Notes: generated from the letters alone by a model not told the origin. A stretch of 64,000 nucleotides of DNA from Bacteroidota bacterium (GCA_027484125.1 JAIXUI010000040.1:1426-65425), one strand, 5' to 3'; shown: positions 30,555-41,099, counted from the first letter of the stretch. Numbers and translations are program-made.

Positions 30555-32329
30555 GATAATCCAGAATCACCAGGAAGTTCTTCATTCGGATAATCGAGCA
30601 AACCCGATTGTAGCTGATTATTCATTTCACGAATGGTTTCATCGAGGTTATACGAGCTTATCGTTAAGTGATGAAGAATTTCCTGATATTCTTGGGAGCC
30701 ATTTTTTGCTTGGTTGAGCAAATCAGTGAGGCCGATGATGTTGGCGGCATGCTTCCGCAATGAATGGCTAACAGAAAAAGCATAATTTTTCAAACTGGCA
30801 TTCTGCTTTTCGAGCGATTGTGTTCGTTCTTCAATCTTATTCTGAAGATATTGATTGAGGAAGCTAATCTCTTCTTTTTGCTGAACCAAAGCGGTGTTGA
30901 ATCGAGCCAACTCTTCCGACTTAAGCTCTATCTCACGATGTTGGCGACTGATTTCTGCGTGCGCTTGCTTAAGCTGCCAATTAGACTGCGATAATTTAAG
31001 TCGCTCGCGAAATAGATAAAACGTCACTATAGCGAGTAAGAAGACAATGGCTCCGATAGCGGAGAGCCAATACTTTTGCTTATTGAGTTTTGATAGGTGT
31101 ATATCTTCCATTTCTCTTTCCCGTTCCTTCATAAACTGCTCCTTGAGCTTAATTTCCATCAAGCTCATTTTCTTCCCCAGGATTTCATGTCGAAGACTAT
31201 CATCTAGTTTTTGCGCAAGCGCTAGATGATTATAAGCTTTTTTATGGTCGCCTTTTTGTCCATAAAGTTTCGAAAGCTGTTGATTAAGTTTTTTTCTAAT
31301 TGCTAGGTTTTCCGTAAACTTCAATTGAGAAACTGCTTGAAAAGCATAATAAAAAGCACTGTCTAAGTTGTTCTTTTGAAAATGATAGTCAGATAAATCT
31401 AGGTAAGAAACAGCTGTTGGAATTGGTTCATTAAGTTTGACTTTTATAACCAAAGACTGCTGAAGGTATGGAAGCGCCTCGTCCATACGTCCCATTTCCA
31501 AATACATGGAACCCAGATGATTGAGGTCATAAGACAAGCCTCGCCAATCACCAATTGCCTTTTTCCAACGAATTGCTTCCTTGAGGACACTATCGGCAGC
31601 CTGATAATCCTTCATTTCAAGGTACATAATCCCTAAGTTTCCAAGACTAGAGGAAATGCCCACACTATCATTGAGTTTTTTAAAAAGCTTATGCGTTTTT
31701 TCATAATACCAAGCTGCTTGAGCATGATCATCTAGGTTTTTAAAAAGGATACCTATGTTGCCATAAGTATTGGCTTGGCCTCTTAAATCGCCCAATTGAA
31801 TCTTGATTTTCAGACTCTTCAGATAGTTTTCAAGCGCGTTGGCATACTTTGTTTGATTTTTAAATATGATTGCGAGGGAATTATATGCTTTAGATAGCAA
31901 ATACAATTGGTTGTGTTGAAGAGCTAACTCAACCGCATGATTAACAAATTTAAGTGATTGAACTTCGTCGCCGATGATGGAGTAAGCAAATCCAATTTGA
32001 CGGTTTGCCTCAATAACACCTTCAGTAAAGTTCACTTTTTGCGCAAGTTCAAGTGCTTTAAGCGCTACCTTCAAACTAGTATCCGGGTTGGAGCTGTTAT
32101 TCGCTCCTGCATAAACATTAAGAAGAGAAATCCAACTTGTATCAGACTCATTAACGCCTTTTCTTTTTAGAGCCTGAAATTGTGCTTCAATGGCATTGAC
32201 TCTGCTTTCTTGTGCTAAAGTGGCGGATGCTGTGAAAAAACAAATTGCAATAAAAAGGAATACTTTGTTGAACACTTTGCGTATTAAAAATTCGGTCATT
32301 GTGATAGAAAACAGCATGAGAATTTCCAA
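30551..32329 (-). CDS. TPR-repeat membrane sensor with HisKA (DHp) domain but no HATPase_c domain
   Basis: Signal peptide, about 8 TPR-like repeats, TM helix YWLSAIGAIVFLLAIVTFYLF, a coiled coil and an H-box FSVSHSLRKHAANIIGL. The protein ends ~60 aa after the H-box, at a stop codon that overlaps the convergent neighbour. Confidence 0.7.
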   Translation of the reverse strand: MEILMLFSITMTEFLIRKVFNKVFLFIAICFFTASATLAQESRVNAIEAQFQALKRKGVNESDTSWISLLNVYAGANNSSNPDTSLKVALKALELAQKVNFTEGVIEANRQIGFAYSIIGDEVQSLKFVNHAVELALQHNQLYLLSKAYNSLAIIFKNQTKYANALENYLKSLKIKIQLGDLRGQANTYGNIGILFKNLDDHAQAAWYYEKTHKLFKKLNDSVGISSSLGNLGIMYLEMKDYQAADSVLKEAIRWKKAIGDWRGLSYDLNHLGSMYLEMGRMDEALPYLQQSLVIKVKLNEPIPTAVSYLDLSDYHFQKNNLDSAFYYAFQAVSQLKFTENLAIRKKLNQQLSKLYGQKGDHKKAYNHLALAQKLDDSLRHEILGKKMSLMEIKLKEQFMKEREREMEDIHLSKLNKQKYWLSAIGAIVFLLAIVTFYLFRERLKLSQSNWQLKQAHAEISRQHREIELKSEELARFNTALVQQKEEISFLNQYLQNKIEERTQSLEKQNASLKNYAFSVSHSLRKHAANIIGLTDLLNQAKNGSQEYQEILHHLTISSYNLDETIREMNNQLQSGLLDYPNEELPGDSGLS

Positions 32330-32339
32330 CCAACAATGA

Positions 32340-32918
32340 TCAGTATTTGCTTTTAATGAACTGCAAGTTTTGCTCCTTTTTGGGCTTTCTATGAAGGTTA
32401 GAAAAAGAAGTAAAATATTGATGAGCCTCTAAGAATCTGATTTGTATTTTGTCCCAGTCATGTTCTTCGAGCCCACCAGGCATCATAAGTTTGAGTTCTT
32501 CGAAAAGGGTGTTGGCTATTTGTGAGAAATCATCTCTACCGAGGTAATCAAGATCCGCATCACAAAGGATTTGCTCAAGCAAGCACGTCGGAGATTGCGG
32601 GATTTTGGTAGCCATGATCATACCGCAAATCACTTGGATATCCGCTTCTTTAAAGTCAAAATGAGGCAGCCATGACATGGCGAGCTCGCAGCCTGCCTCC
32701 TCATGATTGTTGTATTGAACGATAAATCCACAATCATGCATCCATGCTGCGGCTTCGAGTAAACGAATATCATGTGAATTCAATCCTTCTGCTCTTGCAA
32801 TAGTTAAGGCAGAGGCAACTACGTCGTGGGTATGGTGAATGCCATGGTAATAAAGATTACCAGGCAGCCCTTTTTGGAGCTGTGAAAGTATGTAACGGCG
32901 GGCTTTCGCTAATTGCAT
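32340..32918 (-). CDS. HD-domain metal-dependent phosphohydrolase
   Basis: GIHHTHDV (HD motif), MHDCGF and CDADLDYLGRDDF. Confidence 0.8.
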   Translation of the reverse strand: MQLAKARRYILSQLQKGLPGNLYYHGIHHTHDVVASALTIARAEGLNSHDIRLLEAAAWMHDCGFIVQYNNHEEAGCELAMSWLPHFDFKEADIQVICGMIMATKIPQSPTCLLEQILCDADLDYLGRDDFSQIANTLFEELKLMMPGGLEEHDWDKIQIRFLEAHQYFTSFSNLHRKPKKEQNLQFIKSKY

Positions 32919-33040
32919 AAATCGTATATCGGTAAATTTAACGCTTAAATGAACTTTTTAAGAATTAATCAACGTACAAACCTTATGAAAATTGAATAAA
33001 TATACCTTTGCTTATCTAAATTTACCCAAAACAGATAATC

Positions 33041-33883
33041 ATGAGCGAATCCAAAGTTTCACAGCCAATAGTTATCCCTACAGACTTCACGCATGTGGTT
33101 GAAAAAGCCATAGACCATGCGGTGATGATTGCTCGTCAGCTTAACAACAGCATCCTATTCTTGCACGTAGTAGAGAGCGAAAAAGATAAGGCTGAATCAG
33201 ACCAGAAGCTTCAGACATTGGCTGAGCGCACCCAAGCCACTTTCGGCATTGAATGTGCCTTTGAAACTGCAATTGGTTCTTATTTTACTGAAATAGGAAG
33301 AGTTGCATCCGAACAAAAAGCGTCCTACGTGGTCATGGGAACCCACGGAATTCGTGGTATTCAAAAGTTCATTGGCAGCTATGCCCTAAGAGTAATCACC
33401 AACTCTGAAAGTCCTTTCATCGTAGTTCAAGAGAAAGAAGCTCCATCTGGCTATCACAACATCGTAATAGGCATTGACTTTGAAAAAGAAGATAAGCAAA
33501 AGGTAGTATGGGCTTCCAAAATTGCTCAAACCTTCAGCTCTAAAGTGCATATCATTTCAGCCTATGAATCCGATGAGTTTAGCCGCAATAAAGTAGAAAT
33601 GAACGTTGCATGGGCGAAAGGTTATCTGAAGGAGCACGAAGTGGCTTTCGAAATCCATGAACTTGATAAAAACTCAGCTTCACTTGGAAAAGAAGTCATT
33701 CGCTATGCAGTAAAGAACAACATCGATTTGATTGTTGCCATGACAACCCTTGAAAAAGGATTGAGCGAATTTCTCTTCGGGCCTGAGGAGCAATACATGA
33801 TTGCCAATGAGCCGATGATTCCGGTGATGTGCTTCAACCCTATCGACTTCACCGTCAATAACGCGAGCATTACCGCCCACTAA
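33041..33883 (+). CDS. tandem-domain universal stress protein (UspA family)
   Basis: 280 aa with two USP halves (YVVMGTHGIRGIQKF...; DLIVAMTT...). Confidence 0.85.
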   Translation: MSESKVSQPIVIPTDFTHVVEKAIDHAVMIARQLNNSILFLHVVESEKDKAESDQKLQTLAERTQATFGIECAFETAIGSYFTEIGRVASEQKASYVVMGTHGIRGIQKFIGSYALRVITNSESPFIVVQEKEAPSGYHNIVIGIDFEKEDKQKVVWASKIAQTFSSKVHIISAYESDEFSRNKVEMNVAWAKGYLKEHEVAFEIHELDKNSASLGKEVIRYAVKNNIDLIVAMTTLEKGLSEFLFGPEEQYMIANEPMIPVMCFNPIDFTVNNASITAH

Positions 33884-33900
33884 GCTTCTACAAGACAACG

Positions 33901-33932
33901 AAAAAAGCCCCTCAGTTTTGAGGGGCTTTTTT
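33901..33932. terminator. bidirectional rho-independent terminator shared by uspA (plus) and tRNA-Met (minus)
   Basis: A6-gcccctc-agtttt-gaggggc-T6. Confidence 0.65.
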
Positions 33933-33937
33933 CGTTG

Positions 33938-34010
33938 TGGGCCCAGCCGGATTCGAACCAGCGACCAAGAGATTATGAGTCTCCTGCTCTAACCGCTGAG
34001 CTATGGGCCC
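33938..34010 (-). tRNA. tRNA with CAT anticodon (Met elongator, or Ile2 if lysidinylated)
   Basis: The reverse complement GGGCCCATAGCTCAGCGGTTAGAGCAGGAGACTCATAATCTCTTGGTCGCTGGTTCGAATCCGGCTGGGCCCA folds into a cloverleaf with a 7-bp acceptor stem, D arm GCTC/GAGC, anticodon loop CTCATAA and T loop TTCGAAT. CCA is not encoded. Confidence 0.85.
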
Positions 34011-34057
34011 TAAGCGGACGCGAAAATAGAAAATAATCCTTTCGCGCAAGCCTGTCC

Positions 34058-36118
34058 CTATTTCAAAGTGCCATAAAGTTTACCATACTCGATCATCTGT
34101 TGCTCAAAATCAGTAGGATATTCAACTTTAACATCCCTTATTTCACTGCCTTCCATAATTGGAACCAGTTTGGGTTGAATGAATCCTTTGTAGGGAGATA
34201 CTCCTAATTTACTAAAGCGGTCTCGAACCTCTTTCAACAACCCCTGATCTACTTTAACGCCATAAGTCTCAACCAACTTACGCGCAGATTCATAATCACC
34301 TTCAGACTTGATTCTTTGGATTTCCTTTAACAGCTGTCCAAATAGGACCCTCAACTTTTCATAGTTATTCACTTTGACATAGGTTTTTCCATCACGTTTC
34401 ACCCATTCCATGACCTTATCTTTTTTACCCATCGCCATGGCCCAGCCCGCTACCAATTGGCGATTTCTCATATGTGCCTCTTCCAGATTTTCACCTAGTT
34501 CTAACCTACTGAGCTGCATAATCAAACCATTCAGGATGTAGTTGTCATATTCAGCTTGAGCTACCTCCAAAGATGGCATCACGCCAATATCTACTAGTTT
34601 TTGATCCATGATAAAATAAAGTGCTACCAAATCTGCGCGTGCTTCTTCTAGGGTATTCGCGTAAGTTTTCAAGGTGACACTTGGAGTAGAAATCCCTTTA
34701 TTTAATCGGCCTGAAGCATGTCCAATTACTTCGTGCATGTCTGTATGGAGGTCACCGGCAAGTGCTCCATGCTTTCTAATTCGGGCTACAATATTTTCAT
34801 TTTCTGCAAACTCCGCCAAAGCCGGAGAACGAGCTCCTGCGCTGTTATACGCTTTTACAATGTTTCCAAGGCTTACACTCTTCGACCCATGCACCTCTCT
34901 AATCCAGTCGGAGTTTGGCAGGTTGATGCCTATGGATGAATAAGGTGCCGCATCACCAGATTGAACCAATACTGTAATCACCTTAGCGGAAATTCCCTTA
35001 ACATCTGGCTTTTTGTGTGCTTCGTCGATGGGTGAATTACGTTCAAACCACTGTGCTTCTTTAGCAATGGCCGCAATGCGCTTGGTCGCTTCTTCATTCC
35101 GCATGGAAAGTACCGACTCAAAAGCCCCTTTTTTGCCAATGGCGTCGCCGTAAACTTCAATAAAGCCATTCACTAAGTCCAACTTTGACTCTAAATCCTT
35201 CACCCACGCAATGTTATAGATGTCCCAATCTTTAAGTGAGCCAGACTGATAATACGCTACAAGCTTAGCTAAGGCATCTTTTTGAGCCTCATTCTCAGCA
35301 TAAGGCAATGCCTGTTTCAGCCAATAAACAATTTTGCTAATAGGTGCATCATACATGCCGCCAACCTTCCAAACCTGCTCTACCAAGCGGCCATTAACCT
35401 TCGTCAATTGGCTATTAAGCCCATATGCTACCGGCTCTTTCTCGCCCGGGGTTGCCAATTTTTGGTAGAAATCCTCGACTTCCTTTTGGGTTACTCCTTC
35501 GTAATAATTGTTCGCTGAAGCCTTGATGTTGTCTATCCCTTCCGTGAGATCCACAATTTTAGCGTCAACCTGGGGGTCGAACAAAATTGGGGTGAGAAAA
35601 GAAACAAACTGTTCTGCTGATTGGCCATGGAGCGGCAGTAAAGCTGCTGGTGTATTGCTTACTAGCTGCTTGAGGAAGTCAGGAGAGAAAGTGGGAATCA
35701 GCTTGGTGTTCGCATAATGATGGTGAAGACCATTGGAAAACCAAAAACGCTTGGACCAAACTTGGAATTTCTCCCATTCATCGCCCGTTCTTTCCCCCTG
35801 ATAGCCTTGATACACCGCTTCTACAAAATGACGTATGCGGATGTTATGCTTATACTTTTGGTCATAAATGATATCGCGACCGTAAAGTGCGGCCTGATAA
35901 AGGCAGTAGGCAAGTTTCTTCTGTTGAAGAGAAAGCGATTCAAAACCCTCGATGCGATAGCGAAGTAGTTGAATATCAGCGAACTGACCAGCTTCATATT
36001 GAAATGTATCTACCGCAGAAGTTTCGGAGGTAGCAGCTGAATTTGGTTGTTGACAGCTAAAAGTAGCGGCTGCCACGGAGGCCCAGAAGCCTGCAACCAC
36101 GAGAGACTTAACTTTCAT
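34058..36118 (-). CDS. M49-family dipeptidyl-peptidase III-like lipoprotein
   Basis: 686 aa. Lipobox AATFSC. Zinc motifs HEVIGHASG (HExxGH) and EEARAD (EExRAE). Confidence 0.8.
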   Translation of the reverse strand: MKVKSLVVAGFWASVAAATFSCQQPNSAATSETSAVDTFQYEAGQFADIQLLRYRIEGFESLSLQQKKLAYCLYQAALYGRDIIYDQKYKHNIRIRHFVEAVYQGYQGERTGDEWEKFQVWSKRFWFSNGLHHHYANTKLIPTFSPDFLKQLVSNTPAALLPLHGQSAEQFVSFLTPILFDPQVDAKIVDLTEGIDNIKASANNYYEGVTQKEVEDFYQKLATPGEKEPVAYGLNSQLTKVNGRLVEQVWKVGGMYDAPISKIVYWLKQALPYAENEAQKDALAKLVAYYQSGSLKDWDIYNIAWVKDLESKLDLVNGFIEVYGDAIGKKGAFESVLSMRNEEATKRIAAIAKEAQWFERNSPIDEAHKKPDVKGISAKVITVLVQSGDAAPYSSIGINLPNSDWIREVHGSKSVSLGNIVKAYNSAGARSPALAEFAENENIVARIRKHGALAGDLHTDMHEVIGHASGRLNKGISTPSVTLKTYANTLEEARADLVALYFIMDQKLVDIGVMPSLEVAQAEYDNYILNGLIMQLSRLELGENLEEAHMRNRQLVAGWAMAMGKKDKVMEWVKRDGKTYVKVNNYEKLRVLFGQLLKEIQRIKSEGDYESARKLVETYGVKVDQGLLKEVRDRFSKLGVSPYKGFIQPKLVPIMEGSEIRDVKVEYPTDFEQQMIEYGKLYGTLK

Positions 36119-36150
36119 GGTTGTAAGATAATCAGAAGGCTAAGAAATCA

Positions 36151-37209
36151 TTATCCGCGATCGTGTTGAAAAGTCTTTACCGTTTCGATAAAGACCTTCA
36201 CATGATTGGGATTGGTGTCTGGATAAACCCCATGACCGAGGTTTGCAATATGTTTGTCAGGACCAAAGGCGCGAAGCATTTCTTGAGTAGCTGTGCGGAT
36301 GGTGGCCGGCTCTGCATAAAGCAAGCAAGGGTCTAGGTTGCCTTGCAACGTTTTATCGGGCCCTACTAGCGCTCTTGACTCTGCAATGTCCATATTCCAA
36401 TCAAGTCCGATGGTTCGGCAAGGCAATGCCGCCATTTCTTGGCGAGCAAAAAAAGCACCTTTCGCGAATACCGTTACCGGTACATCTGTAATTGCCTCAC
36501 AAATTTGACGGATGTAAGGCAACGAAAAAACACGGTATTGCTCTGGCGACAAGATGCCAGCCCAAGAATCAAAAACTTGCAACATGGCGGCACCGGCCTG
36601 AACCTGCGCTTTCAAGTATGCAATGGTGGTATCTGTAATTTTTTGAAGTAGTTGATGCGCCAATGCAGGTTCGGTGTACAACATTTTCTTGGCAATGCTG
36701 AACGTCTTACTACCACGCCCCTCTGTCATGTAGCACAGCAAAGTAAACGGAGCACCTGCAAATCCTATAAGTGGAACACGGCCGTTTAGCTCCCGAACTG
36801 TAAGCTTGATGGCCTCAGTTACATAAGCCAGATGTTCTTGGGGGTCAGCCACACGCAGTTGATCTACATCTGCCTGTGTTCGAATCACATTCGGAAAAAC
36901 TGGCCCACGCTTTTCCTCCATGAGGTAAGTACAACCCATGGCTTCAGGAACTACCAAAATATCAGAGAAAATGATGACAGCATCAACACCCAGCAAATCA
37001 ACAGGCTGAAGGGTCACCTCGCAGGCCAACTCTGGTGTTTCAACCAACTCTTTGAACCCGGACAAGCGCTCACGCACCGCACGATATTCAGGCAGGATTC
37101 TACCTGCTTGTCGCATCATCCACACAGGAGTGCGTTCTGTTTTTTCGCCACGGGCCGCTCGTAGGATTAAATCGTTTTGGTAATTCATGGGTGCAAAGAT
37201 ATTCTGCAC
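36151..37209 (-). CDS. hemE: uroporphyrinogen decarboxylase
   Basis: [12 protein letters not shown], a conserved N-terminal HemE signature. 352 aa. Confidence 0.92.
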   Translation of the reverse strand: MQNIFAPMNYQNDLILRAARGEKTERTPVWMMRQAGRILPEYRAVRERLSGFKELVETPELACEVTLQPVDLLGVDAVIIFSDILVVPEAMGCTYLMEEKRGPVFPNVIRTQADVDQLRVADPQEHLAYVTEAIKLTVRELNGRVPLIGFAGAPFTLLCYMTEGRGSKTFSIAKKMLYTEPALAHQLLQKITDTTIAYLKAQVQAGAAMLQVFDSWAGILSPEQYRVFSLPYIRQICEAITDVPVTVFAKGAFFARQEMAALPCRTIGLDWNMDIAESRALVGPDKTLQGNLDPCLLYAEPATIRTATQEMLRAFGPDKHIANLGHGVYPDTNPNHVKVFIETVKTFQHDRG

Positions 37210-37239
37210 AAATCCTGAAAAGGTCTGAAAAATGTCAGC

Positions 37240-38313
37240 TTACCAAGCAGAAGCTACCTTTTCCATGGCTACGGGTGCCAGCCCCCGCTCGACTTCTGCA
37301 GCTGCGAGTGCATGGCCAAGCGCTGTCCAATGTCCATCCGGAAGGTACAAGTCGGAAAGTGAATAATGGGTACAAGCTAACGGATTGGTGAGTAACTCAT
37401 AGTTCAGGTTTAGCTTGTTCGCCAACCATTCAAATGCTTGCTGGCGATTCGTTTTTCGTCCCATTCGGCAGGCCTCAAAGTCTTCTTGAGAAGGCGTATA
37501 GTAGAACTTAAGCGGTATCCTGCGCGAAAGCGCAAGTTTGCTTAAGTGTGCCAAGTATGCTTGGGTATTGGCCAACATACTAGCGGGGAGAGGACGAAAT
37601 AAATCAGGGTAGGCAGCTCCTCCAAACGCCTGATTAACAGGAGGATGAATCCAATCAAGCAAACCAAATTTTAGCAGTGAAACTAAATGGGAATGCGTGG
37701 TAAGCCAGTTATATATTGGGTTAAGAGCGATCGCTTGCTTCCAGCGATTGATTTTGATAGGTTTTAATGAAAGAGACCCCTGCTTGTCAATGAAATAGAT
37801 GGGGCTTTTGAGGTTGTTTTCAAAGTCAGAAAAATGGAAGAAGACCACACATTGGTTGGCCTGATAACGAGAGGCATACAAATCAAAGAAACGAAGGGCA
37901 TAATCAGTGCCGCTCCCTTCATTACCGGCATTGATGACTGCCACATCCGGATGGTGTATGAGTTGTTCAAGGCGGTAAGCCCATGTTTGATGGTCATTCA
38001 CGCCAATGCCATAAGTAAAACTATCTCCCAAGGCTAGTATGCGATGCCGATAACGAGCAAACTCATGTGGTTCACGCTTTTCGCGTAATCCTTGGCTATT
38101 GTTGGTATAACCAAACTCAAAGGTTCCGGGAATACGGATAAACCCTTGGCGTGAAGGAACTGCCATCTCTCCAAAGTCAGGGTGTTTCACCCGGCGCGAA
38201 TGACCCAAGGTTTGGGGGGCCAACCAGCGCAAACCTACCTCGGCTATGGCCATAGCCATGAGGAAGGCGAAAAGGGTGAAAGTAGAAACAGAGAATCTTT
38301 GAATAACTTTCAT
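37240..38313 (-). CDS. membrane-anchored SGNH/GDSL-type hydrolase or acyl-esterase
   Basis: N-terminal TM helix and the GDSL block ILALGDSFTYGIGV. Confidence 0.6.
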   Translation of the reverse strand: MKVIQRFSVSTFTLFAFLMAMAIAEVGLRWLAPQTLGHSRRVKHPDFGEMAVPSRQGFIRIPGTFEFGYTNNSQGLREKREPHEFARYRHRILALGDSFTYGIGVNDHQTWAYRLEQLIHHPDVAVINAGNEGSGTDYALRFFDLYASRYQANQCVVFFHFSDFENNLKSPIYFIDKQGSLSLKPIKINRWKQAIALNPIYNWLTTHSHLVSLLKFGLLDWIHPPVNQAFGGAAYPDLFRPLPASMLANTQAYLAHLSKLALSRRIPLKFYYTPSQEDFEACRMGRKTNRQQAFEWLANKLNLNYELLTNPLACTHYSLSDLYLPDGHWTALGHALAAAEVERGLAPVAMEKVASAW

Positions 38314-38370
38314 CTTGTAACCTTCCTCAAGATACCAATATTCGTCCTGCCTTTATTCGCATTCGTCGAA

Positions 38371-39456
38371 TCAAGAACAGACTTCCCGGTATAACTGAAG
38401 GTGGCGCTCGGCAAATCTTTCTTTGCTGAAATCTTGAACAAAACTCCAAGCCTGACTTACAAGACGGTGACGTAATTCAGGATTTTCGGCCAACCTCATC
38501 ACTTGCTGGGCTAAGGCATCACTGTCTTTGACATTAGCAAGTAAGCCGGTCTCTTCTTCCTTCACAATTTCTACAATACCACCGGCACGAGTGGCTACAA
38601 CAGCAACCTTGCATACAAACGCATCGAGTATGGAGGAACCTAACCCTTCTGTTTCTGACGGATGTAGAAAAATATCTAACTCGGGGAAAACATCTTCAAT
38701 GTCATGACGGAAGCCTGTAACAACAAACTGTTTACCCAATCCTCGGTCTTCGATCATCTTGATGAGCTTCGACTTGTCAGGCCCCTCTCCAATGATAAAA
38801 AAGCGTGCTTTAAGCCCGAGATGAATCAGCCGATCGGCAGTATTGATGAAAGTGACGTAATCTTTATGTGGCACTAGCGCACCGATGTTTCCAACAATCA
38901 AGTGATCGTCGGGGATGCGGTAACCATCCCGCAGCGTTCTTTTTTGTCCATTTCCGAAACGATTCAAATCGATGGCATCGTAAATCAGACGCAGCTTCGA
39001 AACATCTTCAATGGCAGAGGCTACAATTTCGCGTACAGCCCCACTCACACAGATGATTCGTTTGATGTTGGAGAAATTGTATTTATACCTAGTAAAATAG
39101 CTGTTTTTAATAGGAAAATCAACCTTTCTACTCAATATCATCGGAATCTTTGACCGGCTGAAAGTGGCCCACAAAACTGCGATAGCTTGAGCATCAGGAT
39201 CATGCAAATGAATAAGTGTAGGCTTAAACTCAGCAACCGCTTTTCCGAATTCCCGCCAACTGCTTGGATTAAAGGGACGCCGACTCGATAAAAGACGTAA
39301 TGGAAGTTCATTCCGCTTAGCATGACGGGCCAAAAGCGACTTGGCCGGGCAGACAATCAAGCTTTGTACTGATTTGGGCATGCATTCCACCAGGTAGGCC
39401 AACTGCTGTTCACCTCCTCTCCAGCTCAAAGGCGTAGAAAAGTGAAGCACCCTCAT
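38371..39456 (-). CDS. glycosyltransferase family 4
   Basis: EGLGSSILDAFVCKVAVVATRAGGIVEIV, the GT4 E-x7-E region. Confidence 0.85.
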   Translation of the reverse strand: MRVLHFSTPLSWRGGEQQLAYLVECMPKSVQSLIVCPAKSLLARHAKRNELPLRLLSSRRPFNPSSWREFGKAVAEFKPTLIHLHDPDAQAIAVLWATFSRSKIPMILSRKVDFPIKNSYFTRYKYNFSNIKRIICVSGAVREIVASAIEDVSKLRLIYDAIDLNRFGNGQKRTLRDGYRIPDDHLIVGNIGALVPHKDYVTFINTADRLIHLGLKARFFIIGEGPDKSKLIKMIEDRGLGKQFVVTGFRHDIEDVFPELDIFLHPSETEGLGSSILDAFVCKVAVVATRAGGIVEIVKEEETGLLANVKDSDALAQQVMRLAENPELRHRLVSQAWSFVQDFSKERFAERHLQLYREVCS

Positions 39457-40226
39457 GAATTAGACCGATTTTGATATAACATTTTAAGCTTGGCGTATTT
39501 TAAGTAGGCGTAATGAGAAGAAATTTTTGCGGCAGTAAATCCATGAAATCCATCAAGAAATCCTGCCTTTAAAAAAAAGTGTTGAACGAAAGTAAAGGCA
39601 GGAGCCAGATATAGCTTTACCCACGTAGGCTTTATGCCTTTTTGATAAAGTTCAATCGCTGCAATCTCAGTAAAACGGTTCACTTGTGCGAGGTGCCAAT
39701 TTAAATCTGGTATAGAATAATGCAGCAACCTACCACGAAGTTTTACGACACTCTCCTTTTTATTGAGTTGAAACGAATCATGCGGATTGATACCAGCCCA
39801 TTCGCCTGAGGTGCGATTCCAAAGTCGCAATTTCCAGTCAGGATTAAATCCTCCGTGATACAACCAACGACCGCAATACCAAGTGAGCCGGTTCATCATA
39901 CAAGGCGCAGGAAATCCGGCTTTTTTTTGTGCTAAGATTGACTCTGTCAGTTCAGGGCTAAGCACTTCATCTGCATCTAATGATAAAACAAACTGGTATA
40001 AAGCCTGATTTTTAGCCCAGTTTTTCTGTTGAATATGCCCTTCAAAAGGATGGAAAAGCACTTTTGCTCCAAGAGATTCAGCAATTACAACCGTTTGGTC
40101 GGTACTGCCGGAATCAACCACCAGCAACTCATCGGCTACTGCCGAAGCTGCCTGTAAACAGCGCCCGATATTCGCCTCCTCATTGAAAGCAATAATCACA
40201 ACAGATAATAAGGCAGTATTGGCCAT
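39453..40226 (-). CDS. glycosyltransferase family 2 (WaaE/KdtX-like)
   Basis: LSVVIIAFNEEANIGRCL...LVVDSGSTD. There is a 4-bp overlap with the GT4 gene. Confidence 0.85.
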   Translation of the reverse strand: MANTALLSVVIIAFNEEANIGRCLQAASAVADELLVVDSGSTDQTVVIAESLGAKVLFHPFEGHIQQKNWAKNQALYQFVLSLDADEVLSPELTESILAQKKAGFPAPCMMNRLTWYCGRWLYHGGFNPDWKLRLWNRTSGEWAGINPHDSFQLNKKESVVKLRGRLLHYSIPDLNWHLAQVNRFTEIAAIELYQKGIKPTWVKLYLAPAFTFVQHFFLKAGFLDGFHGFTAAKISSHYAYLKYAKLKMLYQNRSNS

Positions 40227-40258
40227 GCGCTCAAAGTTTTGAATAAAAAATCACTTCT

Positions 40259-40849
40259 TTGCAGAGTATGACCAATAAGGAGCGAGAACGCCTCTTCGAG
40301 CGTGAGTTTTATCCTCACTTGGATGCACTTCACAACTTTGCTATGCGGCTTAGCGGTCAAGAAAGCGATGCCGACGACTTGGTTCAAGATACATTTCTGA
40401 AGGCTTGGCGGTTTATCGAATCCTACCAACGCGGCACTAACGCCAAAGCCTGGCTATTCAGAATTCTGAGGAACAGCTTTATCAACGAATTCAGAAAAAA
40501 GAGCAAACAGCCTCATGCCAGTGATTTTAGTGAGCTTGATGAGCGCGTTTCTGCCGGCGATGATGACCAATTTGTTTACACCCCTGTTGACCTTCGGGTG
40601 GAAGTCTTTAAAAACTTACTAGGCGACGAAGTTACAGGCGCGCTACAGCGTTTAGATGTGAACTTCCGCCTCATCATCTTACTCAGCGATGTAGAAGAAT
40701 TTACTTACGAAGAGATTAGTAAAATCCTCGACATCCCTATAGGAACGGTACGTTCCAGATTACATAGAGCTAGAAATGAACTCAAATCACTTCTGGCGAA
40801 TTATGCTAAAACCATGGGCTATCATGAACGCGATGAAAACACCTTGTAA
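40259..40849 (+). CDS. ECF-family RNA polymerase sigma-70 factor
   Basis: Region 2 (DLVQDTFLKAWRFIESY...AWLFRILRNSFINEFRK) and region 4 (EEFTYEEISKILDIPIGTVRSRLHRAR). Confidence 0.9.
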   Translation: MQSMTNKERERLFEREFYPHLDALHNFAMRLSGQESDADDLVQDTFLKAWRFIESYQRGTNAKAWLFRILRNSFINEFRKKSKQPHASDFSELDERVSAGDDDQFVYTPVDLRVEVFKNLLGDEVTGALQRLDVNFRLIILLSDVEEFTYEEISKILDIPIGTVRSRLHRARNELKSLLANYAKTMGYHERDENTL

Positions 40850-41099
40850 TTGTGGTACCGCGGAATGCGATGAACTCCGCGAGCTATTGATGCAATACGC
40901 TGACGGCCAGTTAGATGAAGCAGGTTGTGAGCAAATTAAAGCTCGCATTGCAGCTTGTGAATCTTGCTGTGAGGAAGTCGAAAACATGCTTCAACTCAAA
41001 AAAATAGTGAAAGACCATTGCGGCTGCCAAGGAGCGAAGCCAGAGTTGAAAGATAAAATACGCAACCTTGTAGGAGGATTATCTTCCAAGCATCTATAA
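40833..41099 (+). CDS. small cytoplasmic zinc-finger anti-sigma factor (zf-HC2-like, with extra Cys)
   Basis: The start overlaps the sigma-factor stop (atgaaaacaccttgtaa). CDELRELLMQYADGQL...ARIAACESC aligns with the zf-HC2 consensus, with His replaced by Arg. Extra CNCG, CC and HCGC clusters are present. No TM segment. Confidence 0.65.
   Translation: MKTPCNCGTAECDELRELLMQYADGQLDEAGCEQIKARIAACESCCEEVENMLQLKKIVKDHCGCQGAKPELKDKIRNLVGGLSSKHL

Noticed and set aside
33884-34057. Possible integrated element at tRNA-Met(CAT)
   Set aside because: I see no integrase, no direct repeat of the tRNA 3' end and no abrupt content change. The flanks are a USP gene with a shared terminator and an M49 peptidase.
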